Position numbers and translations under genes: made by a program. A stretch of DNA of 64,000 nt, from NCBI GenBank assembly GCA_963779415.1, contig CAVZYA010000002.1, positions 704,001-768,000 of the forward strand. Direction: 5' to 3'. The stretch is from an uncultured Acidobacteriota bacterium. GTDB taxonomy: Bacteria > Acidobacteriota > Thermoanaerobaculia > UBA5066. This document shows, one piece after another, positions 40,034-49,969 of this stretch (positions within the stretch are counted from its first letter, which is position 1; each line of letters begins with the position of its first letter). The notes beneath the pieces were generated by a model, which saw only the letters and a program-made list of their open reading frames with translations, ran no database searches and was not told the origin of the DNA.

Positions 40034-41178
40034 GCCTCGGGGCCGGCGCCGAGCGGGGACCGCGACGCGCCGACGTCGTCGTCCTCGGTGCCGGCCTGAC
40101 GGGCCTCTCCCTCGGCCTCGCCCTCGCCCGGCGCGGCGTCGAGACGGCCGTTCTCGACCTCGGCGACGCTGACGGCCCCTTCGCCGTGGCGCCGTCCTTC
40201 CCGTCCGGCGCCGTAGAGGCACAGTCCCGTCCCGACACCGCGCCGGAACCGCTTCGCGATCTCTCGCTTCTCTCCCGCCACCTCTTCGGCGACTGGATCG
40301 AGGCGCTCGAGGAGGAGACCGGGCTCGCGTGCGAGTACGACGTCCGCGGCGGCCTCGCCGCGGCGCTCACCGAAGGGGAGGAAGTACTTCTCGACCGCGC
40401 GCTCGACTGGCAGAGGGCGCGCGCCCTTCCGTTCGAGGTCCTCCCGGCCGAGGAGGCGCGGGCGAGAGAGCCTGCACTTTCGGCCGCGGTCCGGGCGGCG
40501 TTCTCCTTTCCGGGAGACGGTCAGCTCTCTCCGCCGCGTCTCGCCCGGGCGCTCCTTCTCGCGGCCCGGCGGGCGGGCGCCCTCGTGACGGGTCCCGCCG
40601 CCATCCCGGCGCTTCACGTCGAGGCGGGGTGTGTCGCGGGGGTCGAGACGCCGCAGGGGCTCTTTCGGGCAGACGCCGTCGTCGTCGCGGCCGGGCCGGC
40701 GACGTCGCGTGTCGCGGGGCTCCCGGCGCTTCCCGCAAAGGCAAATCGGACTCCCCATCTCCTCCTCGATGCGGCAGGTGACGCCGACCGGCTGACGCGG
40801 TTCGTTCACGGGGCCCACGCCGTTCTCGTCCCGCGAAGGGACGGGACGCTCGTCGTCGCGGGGGTGCCGGCGGAGGGGCTCTCGCCGCGAGTCTCCGCCG
40901 GAGAGGCGGCCGACCTCGTGGCGGCGGCCGCGGCTCTCGTTCCGGAGGTCGTCGGCTATCCGCTCGTTGGTTCCTGGATTTTTCACGCCTCGGTATCTCC
41001 GGACGGCGGGCCGATCCTCGGCGAGACGGCACTCCCGGGGCTCTTCGTGGCGGCCGGCGACGGAGCGGCCGCCCTGCTTCTCGCGCCGGCCATCGCGCTC
41101 CTCCTCGCCGACCTCCTGACGGGGCAGACGCCGCCCCTTCCGGCCGCCCCGTTTTCACCGGCCCGGTTCGGCCTTTAG
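40030..41178 (+). CDS. FAD-dependent oxidoreductase (DAO/glycine oxidase-like)
   Basis: VVVLGAGLTG, VVVAAG, SPDGGPILG, FSPARF. GTGA overlap. Confidence 0.8.
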   Translation: MSLGAGAERGPRRADVVVLGAGLTGLSLGLALARRGVETAVLDLGDADGPFAVAPSFPSGAVEAQSRPDTAPEPLRDLSLLSRHLFGDWIEALEEETGLACEYDVRGGLAAALTEGEEVLLDRALDWQRARALPFEVLPAEEARAREPALSAAVRAAFSFPGDGQLSPPRLARALLLAARRAGALVTGPAAIPALHVEAGCVAGVETPQGLFRADAVVVAAGPATSRVAGLPALPAKANRTPHLLLDAAGDADRLTRFVHGAHAVLVPRRDGTLVVAGVPAEGLSPRVSAGEAADLVAAAAALVPEVVGYPLVGSWIFHASVSPDGGPILGETALPGLFVAAGDGAAALLLAPAIALLLADLLTGQTPPLPAAPFSPARFGL

Positions 41179-41303
41179 AATCCGCCGCTCGGCGAGAGGA
41201 CGTCTGATCTCTCATGTTAATGTCAGTGTCCTCCCGGGGCCAGAAGAGGGAGCGACGCGTGCCTCGGGAAGAGCATCCACAGGGAGACACGGGAGACGGA
41301 GGC

Positions 41304-43178
41304 ATGAGGCAGACTCTCTATAGGGCGGTCCGGACGGCGGCGAGCGCGGCGTGGAACGGGTTCCAGTGGGTGAACCGGCGTGTACCGGCCCGCTCGTTCC
41401 AGCCGGCGTGGTCGCCGGAGCCGCTTCCGAAGAGCTGGGAGCGGACGAAGCCCCCCCTCGGCTTTCCCCGTCGGACCGATTCCCTCTGCCCGACCTGCAC
41501 GAAGGAAGTTCGCGACGACATCCTGAGCGGAAAGCGCGAGCTTCGGGACCTGGTCGACGGGCGACCCGGCGAAATCCCCGCTGACATCATTCAACGCGGG
41601 AAGGAAATCTGGATGGTCAAGACGTGCCCGAAGCACGGCACGTTCGAGGACCTGATGTCGACCGACGCCGCCTTCTTCGCCCGGCTGGAGGAGAACTTCT
41701 TCGGCCGCGACGTGAAGATCGCGAAGGACACCCTGCACGACCACGGCTCGTCGTCGATGCGCCACGGCCGCGGGGCCGTCCTCACCGTCGACCTGACGAA
41801 CCGCTGCAACATGATGTGCAACCCCTGCTTCATGGACGCGAACCAGGTGGGATACGTCCACGAGCTGACGTGGGAAGACATCAAGGAGATCCTCGACAAC
41901 GCGGCCTCCATCAAGCCGCGGCGGCAGATGTCCGTCCAGTTCTCCGGCGGCGAGCCGACTCTCTCGCCGCATTTCCTTCCGGCGATCCGGTATGCCCGCG
42001 ATCTGGGGTACTTCTCCGTCCAGTGCGCGACGAACGGCGTCCGTTTCGCCCAGGAGCCCGGATTCGCGAAAGCCGCGGCCGAGGCAGGCCTCCGCCTCGC
42101 GTATCTTCAGTTCGACGGCATCGGGAACGAGCAAAACGACCATCGCGGCGTCTCGAACCTCTTCGACGTGAAGCTGGCGGCCCTCGACGCGCTCAAGGCG
42201 GCCGGGATCGACGCGACGCTGGTGATCACCATCGTCAACGGCGTGAACGACGACCAGGTGGGCGAGATCATCCGGTTCGCCGTCCGGAACGTCGACAAGA
42301 TCAACGCCCTCTCCTTCCAGCCGGTCTCCTTCACGGGGCGGGACGAAGAGATCGACGACGAGACGCGGAAGAAGCAGCGCTATACCCTCTCCCACCTCGC
42401 CCACGACGTGAAGAGACAGGCGGGGGTCGGCGAGCCGATGCGGGACTGGTTCCCCCTTTCGGCCTCCGGCCCCTTCAGCGACTTGCGCGACCTCCTCGGA
42501 GGGCTCGAGGCCGACTGGGGCTCGCTCAAGTGCGGCTGCCACCCGAACTGCGGCATCGCGACGATGGTCCTCGTCCGTCCCGAGACCGGGCAGGCGATCC
42601 CCGTGACGCAGGTTCTCGACGCCGACCGGCTCCTCCGCGATCTGACCGCCATCACCGACTCGGCGCGTGGAAGGTTCCTGACGATCTTTCAGACGGCGCT
42701 CGCCGTCGCCCGGAACATCCGCCCGGACGGCGTGCCGGGAAACCTCGGCCTCCTCGAGACGCTCAAGGTCCTCGACGGCCACACGGGGAAGTCAATGGGG
42801 ATCTCGAAATCGGGCCGGCATCCGTGGCGCGTCCTTCTCGTCGCCGGGATGTGGTTCCAGGACCTCTTCAACTACGATTTCCGGCGGACGGAGATGTGCA
42901 TCATTCCGTACGGCACGCAGCTCGGCGAAATCTCCTTCTGCGCCTACAACACGGGGGCCGGCTGGCGGAAGATCGTCGAGGAGATGCACCAGAGCGCGAC
43001 GCTCGCCCAGTGGTACAAGGAAAAGGGACGGCACCCGGTCTACGCCGGGGGCGCGCGGATCCCGCTCCCGGCCTACAGCCCGTCGGCGCCTCCCGTGGAG
43101 CTTCCCGTCGCCGCGCGCTCGGCAAACCCCTCGCCGCTGACGATGCTCCCCGCGCTCGCCCCGGCCACGGGAAAATAG
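41304..43178 (+). CDS. tes: Tetraether lipid synthase (Tes/MJ0619)-like radical SAM protein
   Basis: N-terminal SLCPTC..KTCPKHG, DLTNRCNMMCNPCF, SGGEPT, YLQFDG, FQPVSFTGR, CHPNCG, MWFQDLFNYDFRR..CIIPY..ISFCAYN; SD GGAGG. Confidence 0.8.
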   Translation: MRQTLYRAVRTAASAAWNGFQWVNRRVPARSFQPAWSPEPLPKSWERTKPPLGFPRRTDSLCPTCTKEVRDDILSGKRELRDLVDGRPGEIPADIIQRGKEIWMVKTCPKHGTFEDLMSTDAAFFARLEENFFGRDVKIAKDTLHDHGSSSMRHGRGAVLTVDLTNRCNMMCNPCFMDANQVGYVHELTWEDIKEILDNAASIKPRRQMSVQFSGGEPTLSPHFLPAIRYARDLGYFSVQCATNGVRFAQEPGFAKAAAEAGLRLAYLQFDGIGNEQNDHRGVSNLFDVKLAALDALKAAGIDATLVITIVNGVNDDQVGEIIRFAVRNVDKINALSFQPVSFTGRDEEIDDETRKKQRYTLSHLAHDVKRQAGVGEPMRDWFPLSASGPFSDLRDLLGGLEADWGSLKCGCHPNCGIATMVLVRPETGQAIPVTQVLDADRLLRDLTAITDSARGRFLTIFQTALAVARNIRPDGVPGNLGLLETLKVLDGHTGKSMGISKSGRHPWRVLLVAGMWFQDLFNYDFRRTEMCIIPYGTQLGEISFCAYNTGAGWRKIVEEMHQSATLAQWYKEKGRHPVYAGGARIPLPAYSPSAPPVELPVAARSANPSPLTMLPALAPATGK

Positions 43179-43185
43179 CGGAGTC

Positions 43186-43968
43186 CTAAGCCCTCTTTGC
43201 GAGGTCCGCGATCGCGGAGGCGACTTCTCCCGGCTGCTCCAGCGGTGCCATGTGTCCCGCCTCCGGCACGGTGAAGAGGCGGACGAACGGAGCGTTCGGG
43301 CAGGCGGCGGCCATCGCCTCGGCGTCGGTAATCGGGGTGATGGCGTCGTCTTCCCCGCAAACGACCAGCACCGGCCGGTCGAATCCCCCGAGCACGTCGA
43401 AGGCGTCGCTCCGCATGGCGAGGCCCGCGAGGTCGGCCATGGCCGTCGCGGGAGGTGTCCCGAGAATCATCTCGCGGACGAGCGTCGCGGAGGGCGTCCC
43501 CTTCGACGTCGCCGAGAGAAGCTTCGGAGCCATCGCCTCGAATGCCGAGTCGATGCCGTTCTTCCTGATTGCCGCTATCGCCTCCTTCCTCTTCGCCCGG
43601 GTCGTCTCGTCGTCCGCCGCGGCCTTCGTGTCGCAGAGAACGAGGCCTTTCAGCCGGTTTCGCATCCGCGCCCCATGGCGACGGAGGAACTCGAACGAGA
43701 CGTAGCCTCCCATCGAGAGCCCACAGAGAAAAAACGGCGCGTCGCCGGGAACGAGCGACGGGAGGTCGGCGGCGAGGTCGTCCGCAAAGAGCGACATGGG
43801 GTGAACGTCGGCCGCGGGGCGCTTCGACGACCCGCGCCCGCGGAGATCCGGTGCCGCAACGCGAGTTACGCCGCCCGTTGCGCCTCGTTCGACTAACGTG
43901 GCGAGGGCCCCCCACATCCGACGGTCGAGCGGATAGCCGTGTATGCAGAGAAGAAAGAGCTCGCTCAT
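43186..43968 (-). CDS. Alpha/beta hydrolase
   Basis: HGYP, PDLRGRG, GLSMGG nucleophile elbow, GEDD, AGHMAPLE. Confidence 0.88.
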   Translation of the reverse strand: MSELFLLCIHGYPLDRRMWGALATLVERGATGGVTRVAAPDLRGRGSSKRPAADVHPMSLFADDLAADLPSLVPGDAPFFLCGLSMGGYVSFEFLRRHGARMRNRLKGLVLCDTKAAADDETTRAKRKEAIAAIRKNGIDSAFEAMAPKLLSATSKGTPSATLVREMILGTPPATAMADLAGLAMRSDAFDVLGGFDRPVLVVCGEDDAITPITDAEAMAAACPNAPFVRLFTVPEAGHMAPLEQPGEVASAIADLAKRA

Positions 43969-44339
43969 GGCTTGTACGTCGCGCTATTGCGCGTTCCTTC
44001 CCACACCGTCACCTCTTCGAGCCGGACGCCGTCCTTCAGGAGGCCGGCCTTCCCGATCTCGTCCGCCACCCAGAGGGCGACGTTCTCGGCGCTCGGGTTC
44101 TTCCGGTCGAAGGGGGGGATCGTGTTGAGGTCCCGGTTCTGGAGGCGCGAGGCGAGATCCCTCACGAGCGCCTCCGTCGGGACGAAGTCGACGGAGAGGT
44201 CGTACGCGCCGAGCTTCTCGACGCCGAGGGCGACCTCGATCTTCCACGAATGCCCGTGGACCGGCTCGGGCCCGCCGACGTAGTCGACGAGGTGGTGCGC
44301 CGCCTCGAAGGTGGCGTGGCAGCGGACGGTCCAGCCCAT
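43965..44339 (-). CDS. queD: 6-carboxytetrahydropterin synthase
   Basis: FEAAHHL, HGHSW, NPSAEN, VWE. Confidence 0.85.
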   Translation of the reverse strand: MGWTVRCHATFEAAHHLVDYVGGPEPVHGHSWKIEVALGVEKLGAYDLSVDFVPTEALVRDLASRLQNRDLNTIPPFDRKNPSAENVALWVADEIGKAGLLKDGVRLEEVTVWEGTRNSATYKP

Positions 44340-44348
44340 GCGCCGAGT

Positions 44349-44891
44349 CTAAGCCGTGAGGACGGTTTCTTCCCGGACGACCCGGATGGCGTGCTGGTCT
44401 TCCGGGGCGAGGCCGTACGCCGCCTCGAGGAATCGCTTCGGCGTCGTCGCGCCGTCGCCCGCGATCCGGAGCCGCTCGACGCGCGTCTCGCCGTCCGGGA
44501 GGACGAAACGGTAGACGGCCTCCTTCGCCGTTTTCCCGAGCGAAGGGGCGCCTTTCGGAAGCTCCGACCAGCCCGTGATCCGGACACCTTCGGGAAGGCG
44601 CGCGTTCACGGCGGCGAGGTGCCCGTCCGAAAGGGCGTCGAGGGTGTCGACGTCGAACAGCTCGTGCCTCGATTCCAGACCGAGCGGAAGCGCCGGCCCC
44701 ATCGACATCCGGATGTGCGGGTTGTACCCCTCGGTGTAGCGGATCGGCGCCCGGGCGGCGCGGAAGGCACGCTCGAGGAGATCCATGACGTTCCGGTGCG
44801 AGAGATATCGCGCATCGCGGAGCTTCTCGAACGAGACCCGGTACGTTCGAGCGGTCGCGGGCACAGGAGCCGCACGGCCGTCGCCGACCAT
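44349..44891 (-). CDS. DUF2344 / TIGR03936 radical-SAM-associated domain (probably the C-terminus of the upstream gene)
   Basis: FEKLRDARYLSHRN..RAFRAA..YTEGYNPHIRMSMGPALPLGLES. Confidence 0.8.
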   Translation of the reverse strand: MVGDGRAAPVPATARTYRVSFEKLRDARYLSHRNVMDLLERAFRAARAPIRYTEGYNPHIRMSMGPALPLGLESRHELFDVDTLDALSDGHLAAVNARLPEGVRITGWSELPKGAPSLGKTAKEAVYRFVLPDGETRVERLRIAGDGATTPKRFLEAAYGLAPEDQHAIRVVREETVLTA

Positions 44892-44965
44892 GCGGCGTGA
44901 CGCCAGGGAAGGAAGATCTGGCAGGGATTTCTTCTTATATGCGGCGGCTGCTGGTGCAGCCGCCG

Positions 44966-46924
44966 CTAGAAGCGAATCTGCCGCTCCGGCGGCCGGTGAA
45001 GGGCGCGCCTGCGCACCGCTTTGCGGTCCGGACCCTGACCGGCTGCGGAGTGGACGTTCTTCGATCCGAAGGAGAAGCCCTCGGGCAGCGGGCTGGCCAG
45101 CACCGTGTCCTCGCCGTCGCCGGGGACGCCGCAGGCGTAGCAGTGTCCCCACTTGCAGTCGTCGGTTTCCATCTCCTTCAGTGCCTTCTTCCACTCGACG
45201 ACGAGGAACGGCTTCCGGATGAAGGCGTCGACGACGTCCCACGGAAGGGTCTCCTTCTGGTCTTTCTGGCGAAGGTGGCGCTCCTTCGGAATCCCGGCCG
45301 CCGCGAGCGCCTCGTTCCACCGCTCCCACGAGAAGTGCTCCGACCAGCCGTCGAACCGCCCCCCGCGCCGAAAGACCTCCAGAATGGCTCGCGACATTCG
45401 TCGGTCTCCAAGAGAGAGCAGCGCCTCGATCTCGGCCTCCTTCGGCGCGTGCCACTTCAGCTTCGCGCCTCTTACGGAGCGGAACTTCTCCTTCAGGCAG
45501 GAGAGCTTCCTTTCGAGAGTCTCGACGCCGTCGAACGGGGACCACTGGAACGGCGTGAAGCTCTTCGGGACGAAGGAGCCGATCGAGACGTGGACGGTGG
45601 GGCGGATCCCGTGCTTCCGCCCCTCGGCGAGGAGATTTCTCACGAGCGTCACGAGCTCGTCGAGGTCCGCGTCCGTCTCGGTCGGCAGGCCGATCATCGT
45701 GTAGACCTTGATCAGGTCCCAGCCGCGCCCGAAGGCGACGTCGGCGGCCTTCACCATGTCGGCGTTCGTAAAGGTCTTGTTGATGACGCGGCGAAGGCGG
45801 TCGGAGCCGGTTTCGGGGGCGAAGGTGAAGCCCGACTTCCGGACCTCCGACACGGCGTCGGCGAGGGCGACCGAAAACGCCTCGGCCCGGAGCGACGGGA
45901 GCGAGATGGAGACCTTCGTCTTCGCAAGTTCCGGCGCGAGGCAGGCGACGAGCGGCTCGATCTGGGAATAGTCGGCCGAGGAGAGCGAGAGGAGGCCCAC
46001 CTCGCTCCATCCCGCCTCGTCGATGAAGGCCTTCGTGGCCCGGGCGACGTCGGCCGGGTCCAGCTCGCGAACCGGGCGATACCAGTAGCCGGCCTGACAG
46101 AAACGGCACCCCTGCGTGCAGCCGCGCATGATCTCGAGGCCGAGCCGGTCCTGGACGATCTCGACGGACGGGACCATCGGCTTTGCGGCGTAGACCTCTG
46201 CGGAGAGCCTCTCGACCCAGACGCGCGAGGCGCGCGCGGGAACGCCGGGAGCGATCGGACGGTACGAGACGACCCGGTCGCCGTCGTACTCGACGTCGTA
46301 GAGCGACGGGACGTAGAGCCCGGGAATCGCCGCGAAGCGGAGGAGGCGCTCGTGGCGGGGTAGCCCTTTCGTCCGCTCGATCTCCTCGAGGAAGCGCGGA
46401 AAGGCCTCCTCGCCGTCGCCGATCAGGAAGAGGTCGAAGAAGTCCGCTACCGGCTCCGGGTTCGCGACGCAGGGCCCACCGCCGATGATCAGCGGGTCTT
46501 CGTCCGTGCGGTCTTCGGCGAGGACCGGTATCCCGGAGAGATCGAGGAGGTTCGGGACGTTCGTGTAGTTCAGCTCGCTCTGGAGCGAGAAGCCGACGAC
46601 GTCGAAGTCTTGGACGGGAGCGGACGACTCGACGGCAAAGAGCGGGATCCCCTCGCGACGGAGGACGGCTTCGAAGTCGACCCACGGCGCGTAGGTCCGC
46701 TCGCAGGCCCACGCCTCTCTCCGGTTCACGATCTCGTAGAGGATCTTCGTCCCCGTGTGGCTCATCCCGATCTCGTAGGTGTCGGGAAAGGCGAGGCAGA
46801 CCGTCACGGCGCGCGAAGCGAGCTCCTTTTGCGTCACGTTTCGCTCGAGGCCCAGATAACGCCCCGGCCGCTCCACCGAGAGGAGGAACGGCTCGAACCG
46901 GGGACGGAGGGAGGCGTAGCGCAT
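44966..46924 (-). CDS. TIGR03960-family B12-binding radical SAM protein
   Basis: VERPGRYLG, FPDTYEIGMSH, EIMRGCTQGCRFCQAG, LSLSSADY, TFAPETG, FDGWSEHF, CYACGV. Confidence 0.88.
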   Translation of the reverse strand: MRYASLRPRFEPFLLSVERPGRYLGLERNVTQKELASRAVTVCLAFPDTYEIGMSHTGTKILYEIVNRREAWACERTYAPWVDFEAVLRREGIPLFAVESSAPVQDFDVVGFSLQSELNYTNVPNLLDLSGIPVLAEDRTDEDPLIIGGGPCVANPEPVADFFDLFLIGDGEEAFPRFLEEIERTKGLPRHERLLRFAAIPGLYVPSLYDVEYDGDRVVSYRPIAPGVPARASRVWVERLSAEVYAAKPMVPSVEIVQDRLGLEIMRGCTQGCRFCQAGYWYRPVRELDPADVARATKAFIDEAGWSEVGLLSLSSADYSQIEPLVACLAPELAKTKVSISLPSLRAEAFSVALADAVSEVRKSGFTFAPETGSDRLRRVINKTFTNADMVKAADVAFGRGWDLIKVYTMIGLPTETDADLDELVTLVRNLLAEGRKHGIRPTVHVSIGSFVPKSFTPFQWSPFDGVETLERKLSCLKEKFRSVRGAKLKWHAPKEAEIEALLSLGDRRMSRAILEVFRRGGRFDGWSEHFSWERWNEALAAAGIPKERHLRQKDQKETLPWDVVDAFIRKPFLVVEWKKALKEMETDDCKWGHCYACGVPGDGEDTVLASPLPEGFSFGSKNVHSAAGQGPDRKAVRRRALHRPPERQIRF

Positions 46925-46979
46925 CGCGGCGGAACCGGCCCTCCAGTCTAGACGCGTTCTCAGGATCGGGCCAGCCCCG

Positions 46980-49769
46980 TCACGGCCCTTTCGGAGCGGG
47001 GGGAAGGTGGTTCCAGTTCAGGAGCGCGTTCCAGACGAGGCGGAAGGCCGCCGCCGTCTGATATCGGTGGATCGGGTCGAAGTCGAAGGCGAGGACACGT
47101 CCCGCACCCGTCGGGATCTCGAAGATCGCTCCCTTCCCGGCGAGGTCCTTTCCCCCCTTGATCCCGCCGCTCACGACGAGCGGCGGCTCGTCGGGCTTCT
47201 TCTCTTTCGCGCCGCCGTTCTCTTTCGCGTCATCCTCCCCTTCGAGCGCCGGATCCACGAGGGGTTTCGTCCCGTAGGCAAGGACGATCCGTCCGCGGTC
47301 GGCCCTCCGGACGTCGTACACGGGGAGCTTCTCCCGGAAGATGACGGTCGTCTCCTTGTATCCCCAGCCGATCGGGTCTCCGGGATGCGAGAAACGCGCG
47401 CGGAGGTGGCTTCCCGGGGTCTCGAGGTCCTTCACCCGCGCGCGGCGGACGTCGCGGGCGATGCCGCCGTCGAGAGGGAGCGTCGAGGCTCCCCCCAACG
47501 TGACGAGGAGACCCCCTTTTCGAACGAACTCCTCGATGTTTCCGACGCCGCGCCACGTGAGTCCCCCCGTGATGTCGGGCGAAGAGGTGGGCGTCCCGAG
47601 CGATGGAGTCGCCGCCGTCTTCGTGTAGGGGAGCGGCGACCACTTCGGGTCGATTCCGCCGACGAGCCCCTTCAGGTCGAGATGCGTGTGCGGAACGAGG
47701 AGAACGTCGAACCGCTCGTTCAGCTTCCCGGCCCTCGCGTCTTCGTCCATGACGAGGGTGTAAGGGATCCGCTCCTCGTCGAAGAGCATCCGGACCCAGC
47801 CGGGGGACTGCGTGTCGGCCCACGTCTGGAGGAGGCCGACGCGCGGAAGGTCGAGCGGGTGGCGCGGCCCTTCGGGAAGGGACGGCGCCGACGCGAACTC
47901 GAGGCCCAGCTCCTTCGCGACGACGTCGAGGGCCGCGGCGAGCCCGTTCTGCGGCGGCAGGACCCACGAGCCCGGCGGGTAGGTCACGCCGCCGGCGGCG
48001 AACGGCGCCTCGGCCGCTTCGACGCGAAAGCGGGCGAGCCGGACGCGCGCCGCGAGCACCGCTTCCTCTCCCGTCTCCCGGAGGAGAAAGACCGGCCCGC
48101 TTCCGACGACGCGGCCGGGAAAGACGACGTCGGCCGAGACCGGCTCGGTCGCCACCGCCTTGACGGCCGGGTCGGCGATCGTCTTCGCGGTCACCCCGAA
48201 GCTCGGCGGGAGCGACCAGCTGACGTCGTCGTAGGGCTCCCACGACGTCTTCTCGATCGGAAACTTCTGCGGCAGGAGAAGGTCGAGCGCGAAGCCGCGA
48301 TAGGGCTGCGCCATCCTGACGACGAACGTCCCGGCGGGGAACTCTCCCTCCTTCACGCGGAACGGAGCCTTCGATCGGCTCACTTCGATTCCGTGCGCCC
48401 GGAGGAGGTTCACGAGGGTCGCGAGGAGGCGCTTGTCGTCCTGTGCCTCGGGGAGGACGACGGCGTACGGCGCTTCGGTATCGCCCTTCGCGACGGCGTT
48501 CCGTCCCCGCCGCCAGAAGTTCCGGAGAAGCTCCTCGCGGCCGCGGGCGGCGTATTGGAGCGCGACGAGAACGCCGGTCTCCATGTAGTTCGTGTTGTCG
48601 CGGAGCGACCACTTGAAGGGCTTCTTCGGCGCCGGGAGGGCGCGGTACCAGTCGGTCTCCGTGACGGACTTCCCCGCGAACCGGTTCCGCTCGGGGTCGA
48701 GCCAGCGCTCCACGGTCTCCGCCGTCGCGTTTCCGAACGTCTCGTAGCCGCGCCCGATGGCGTTGTGGTTCGTCGCGACGGAATCGGCGTAGAACTGCGA
48801 CCACCCCTCCGTGAAGCCCCATGTCCAGACGCCCGGCATCCCGAAGGCGGTGAGAGCGGTCACCTCGTTCAGGGCGAAGGCCTGGATCTCGACGGCCGTG
48901 ATCGGGTCCACGTTCGCGTTGTAGGGGCCGGTCCCGGTCCAGATCGTCATCAGCGGGATCGATTCGTGGAGGTCGTGGACGACGACGGGATGCCAGGCGA
49001 GGAAGGCGTCCTGCGTGGCGCGGGTGAGCGCGAGCTTCCGCTGGATGCCGTCCCGGTTGTTGTCGTGCTTTACGTAACGGCCCCAATAGGGGGGCGAGAG
49101 AGGGGGGAGCGCGTCGAAGTCGGTCTTCCCCTTCAGGAACCGGGTGAACCACTCGACCTCGCGGTCGCGCCCGTCCGGCTCGGCGACCGGGTTGATCAGG
49201 ACGACGAGGTTTTCGCGGATCTCCTTGACGTGTGGCTCGTTCGAGACGGCGAGCCGGTAGGCGAGTTCCATCAGCATCTCGGGGCTGCCGGTCTCCGTGG
49301 AATGGAGGCCGCCGTGGAGCATGTAGAAAGGAACCGTCTCACCGACGATGCGCTCCATCGCCGCCTCGTCCGTCCGCCGCGGGTCGGCGAGCGCCGCCAT
49401 CGACTCTTTCAGGGCCGCGAGGCGGGCGAGGTTCCGCTCGCCGCCGACGGCGACGAGGAGAATCTCCCGCCCTTCCTCGCTCTTCCCGATCGCCTCGACG
49501 CGAACGCGCGGCGTCGCGGCGGCGAGGGCCCGGTAGTAGGCGTAGATCCTTGCCGTCCCGGTCAGCTCGCCGGGCGCTCCGGCCACGTGTCCGAGGAACA
49601 CCGTCGGCGACGGGACGACGGGAGAGGCCGGAACATCCGCGACCCACGGCGAGAGGAAGCGCGTTTCGGTCGTCGCGGCGGCGATCGCTTCGCGCGAGCC
49701 CGGCTCCGGGACGTCCGGCCTCCCGGGGGGGGCGGCGAGCGCGAGAGCGAGAAGAGCGGGGACGAGCAT
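46980..49769 (-). CDS. Secreted M14-family zinc carboxypeptidase
   Basis: Signal peptide, LHSTE, EPDG, DNNRD, DLHE; C-terminal GATase-like region. Confidence 0.85.
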   Translation of the reverse strand: MLVPALLALALAAPPGRPDVPEPGSREAIAAATTETRFLSPWVADVPASPVVPSPTVFLGHVAGAPGELTGTARIYAYYRALAAATPRVRVEAIGKSEEGREILLVAVGGERNLARLAALKESMAALADPRRTDEAAMERIVGETVPFYMLHGGLHSTETGSPEMLMELAYRLAVSNEPHVKEIRENLVVLINPVAEPDGRDREVEWFTRFLKGKTDFDALPPLSPPYWGRYVKHDNNRDGIQRKLALTRATQDAFLAWHPVVVHDLHESIPLMTIWTGTGPYNANVDPITAVEIQAFALNEVTALTAFGMPGVWTWGFTEGWSQFYADSVATNHNAIGRGYETFGNATAETVERWLDPERNRFAGKSVTETDWYRALPAPKKPFKWSLRDNTNYMETGVLVALQYAARGREELLRNFWRRGRNAVAKGDTEAPYAVVLPEAQDDKRLLATLVNLLRAHGIEVSRSKAPFRVKEGEFPAGTFVVRMAQPYRGFALDLLLPQKFPIEKTSWEPYDDVSWSLPPSFGVTAKTIADPAVKAVATEPVSADVVFPGRVVGSGPVFLLRETGEEAVLAARVRLARFRVEAAEAPFAAGGVTYPPGSWVLPPQNGLAAALDVVAKELGLEFASAPSLPEGPRHPLDLPRVGLLQTWADTQSPGWVRMLFDEERIPYTLVMDEDARAGKLNERFDVLLVPHTHLDLKGLVGGIDPKWSPLPYTKTAATPSLGTPTSSPDITGGLTWRGVGNIEEFVRKGGLLVTLGGASTLPLDGGIARDVRRARVKDLETPGSHLRARFSHPGDPIGWGYKETTVIFREKLPVYDVRRADRGRIVLAYGTKPLVDPALEGEDDAKENGGAKEKKPDEPPLVVSGGIKGGKDLAGKGAIFEIPTGAGRVLAFDFDPIHRYQTAAAFRLVWNALLNWNHLPPAPKGP

Positions 49770-49930
49770 GTGCGGCCTCCTCGTGCCGGAAGGAAGGCTA
49801 CCAGCCCTCTTCGAGCCCTCTCATGCCCGGATCGGAATCGCCGGAAGCGGGACCGGCATTTTTTGGGGCGCGGATTCTACGCTTCTCCCGCCGGGAGGGA
49901 ACAGGTCCCGCCGCTTTCTCCGCGACCGGT

Positions 49931-49960
49931 TTGACTCGCTCGCGGGGACGGTCCTAGAGT
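49931..49960 (+). promoter_or_regulatory. sigma70-type promoter
   Basis: TTGACT-18 nt-TAGAGT, 9 nt before ATG 49970. Confidence 0.6.
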
Positions 49961-49969
49961 GCCGTAGAG

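Noticed and set aside
40030-41178. thiO (thiamine glycine oxidase)
   Set aside because: Family motifs are degenerate and no thiS/thiG are adjacent, so it is kept as a generic FAD oxidoreductase.
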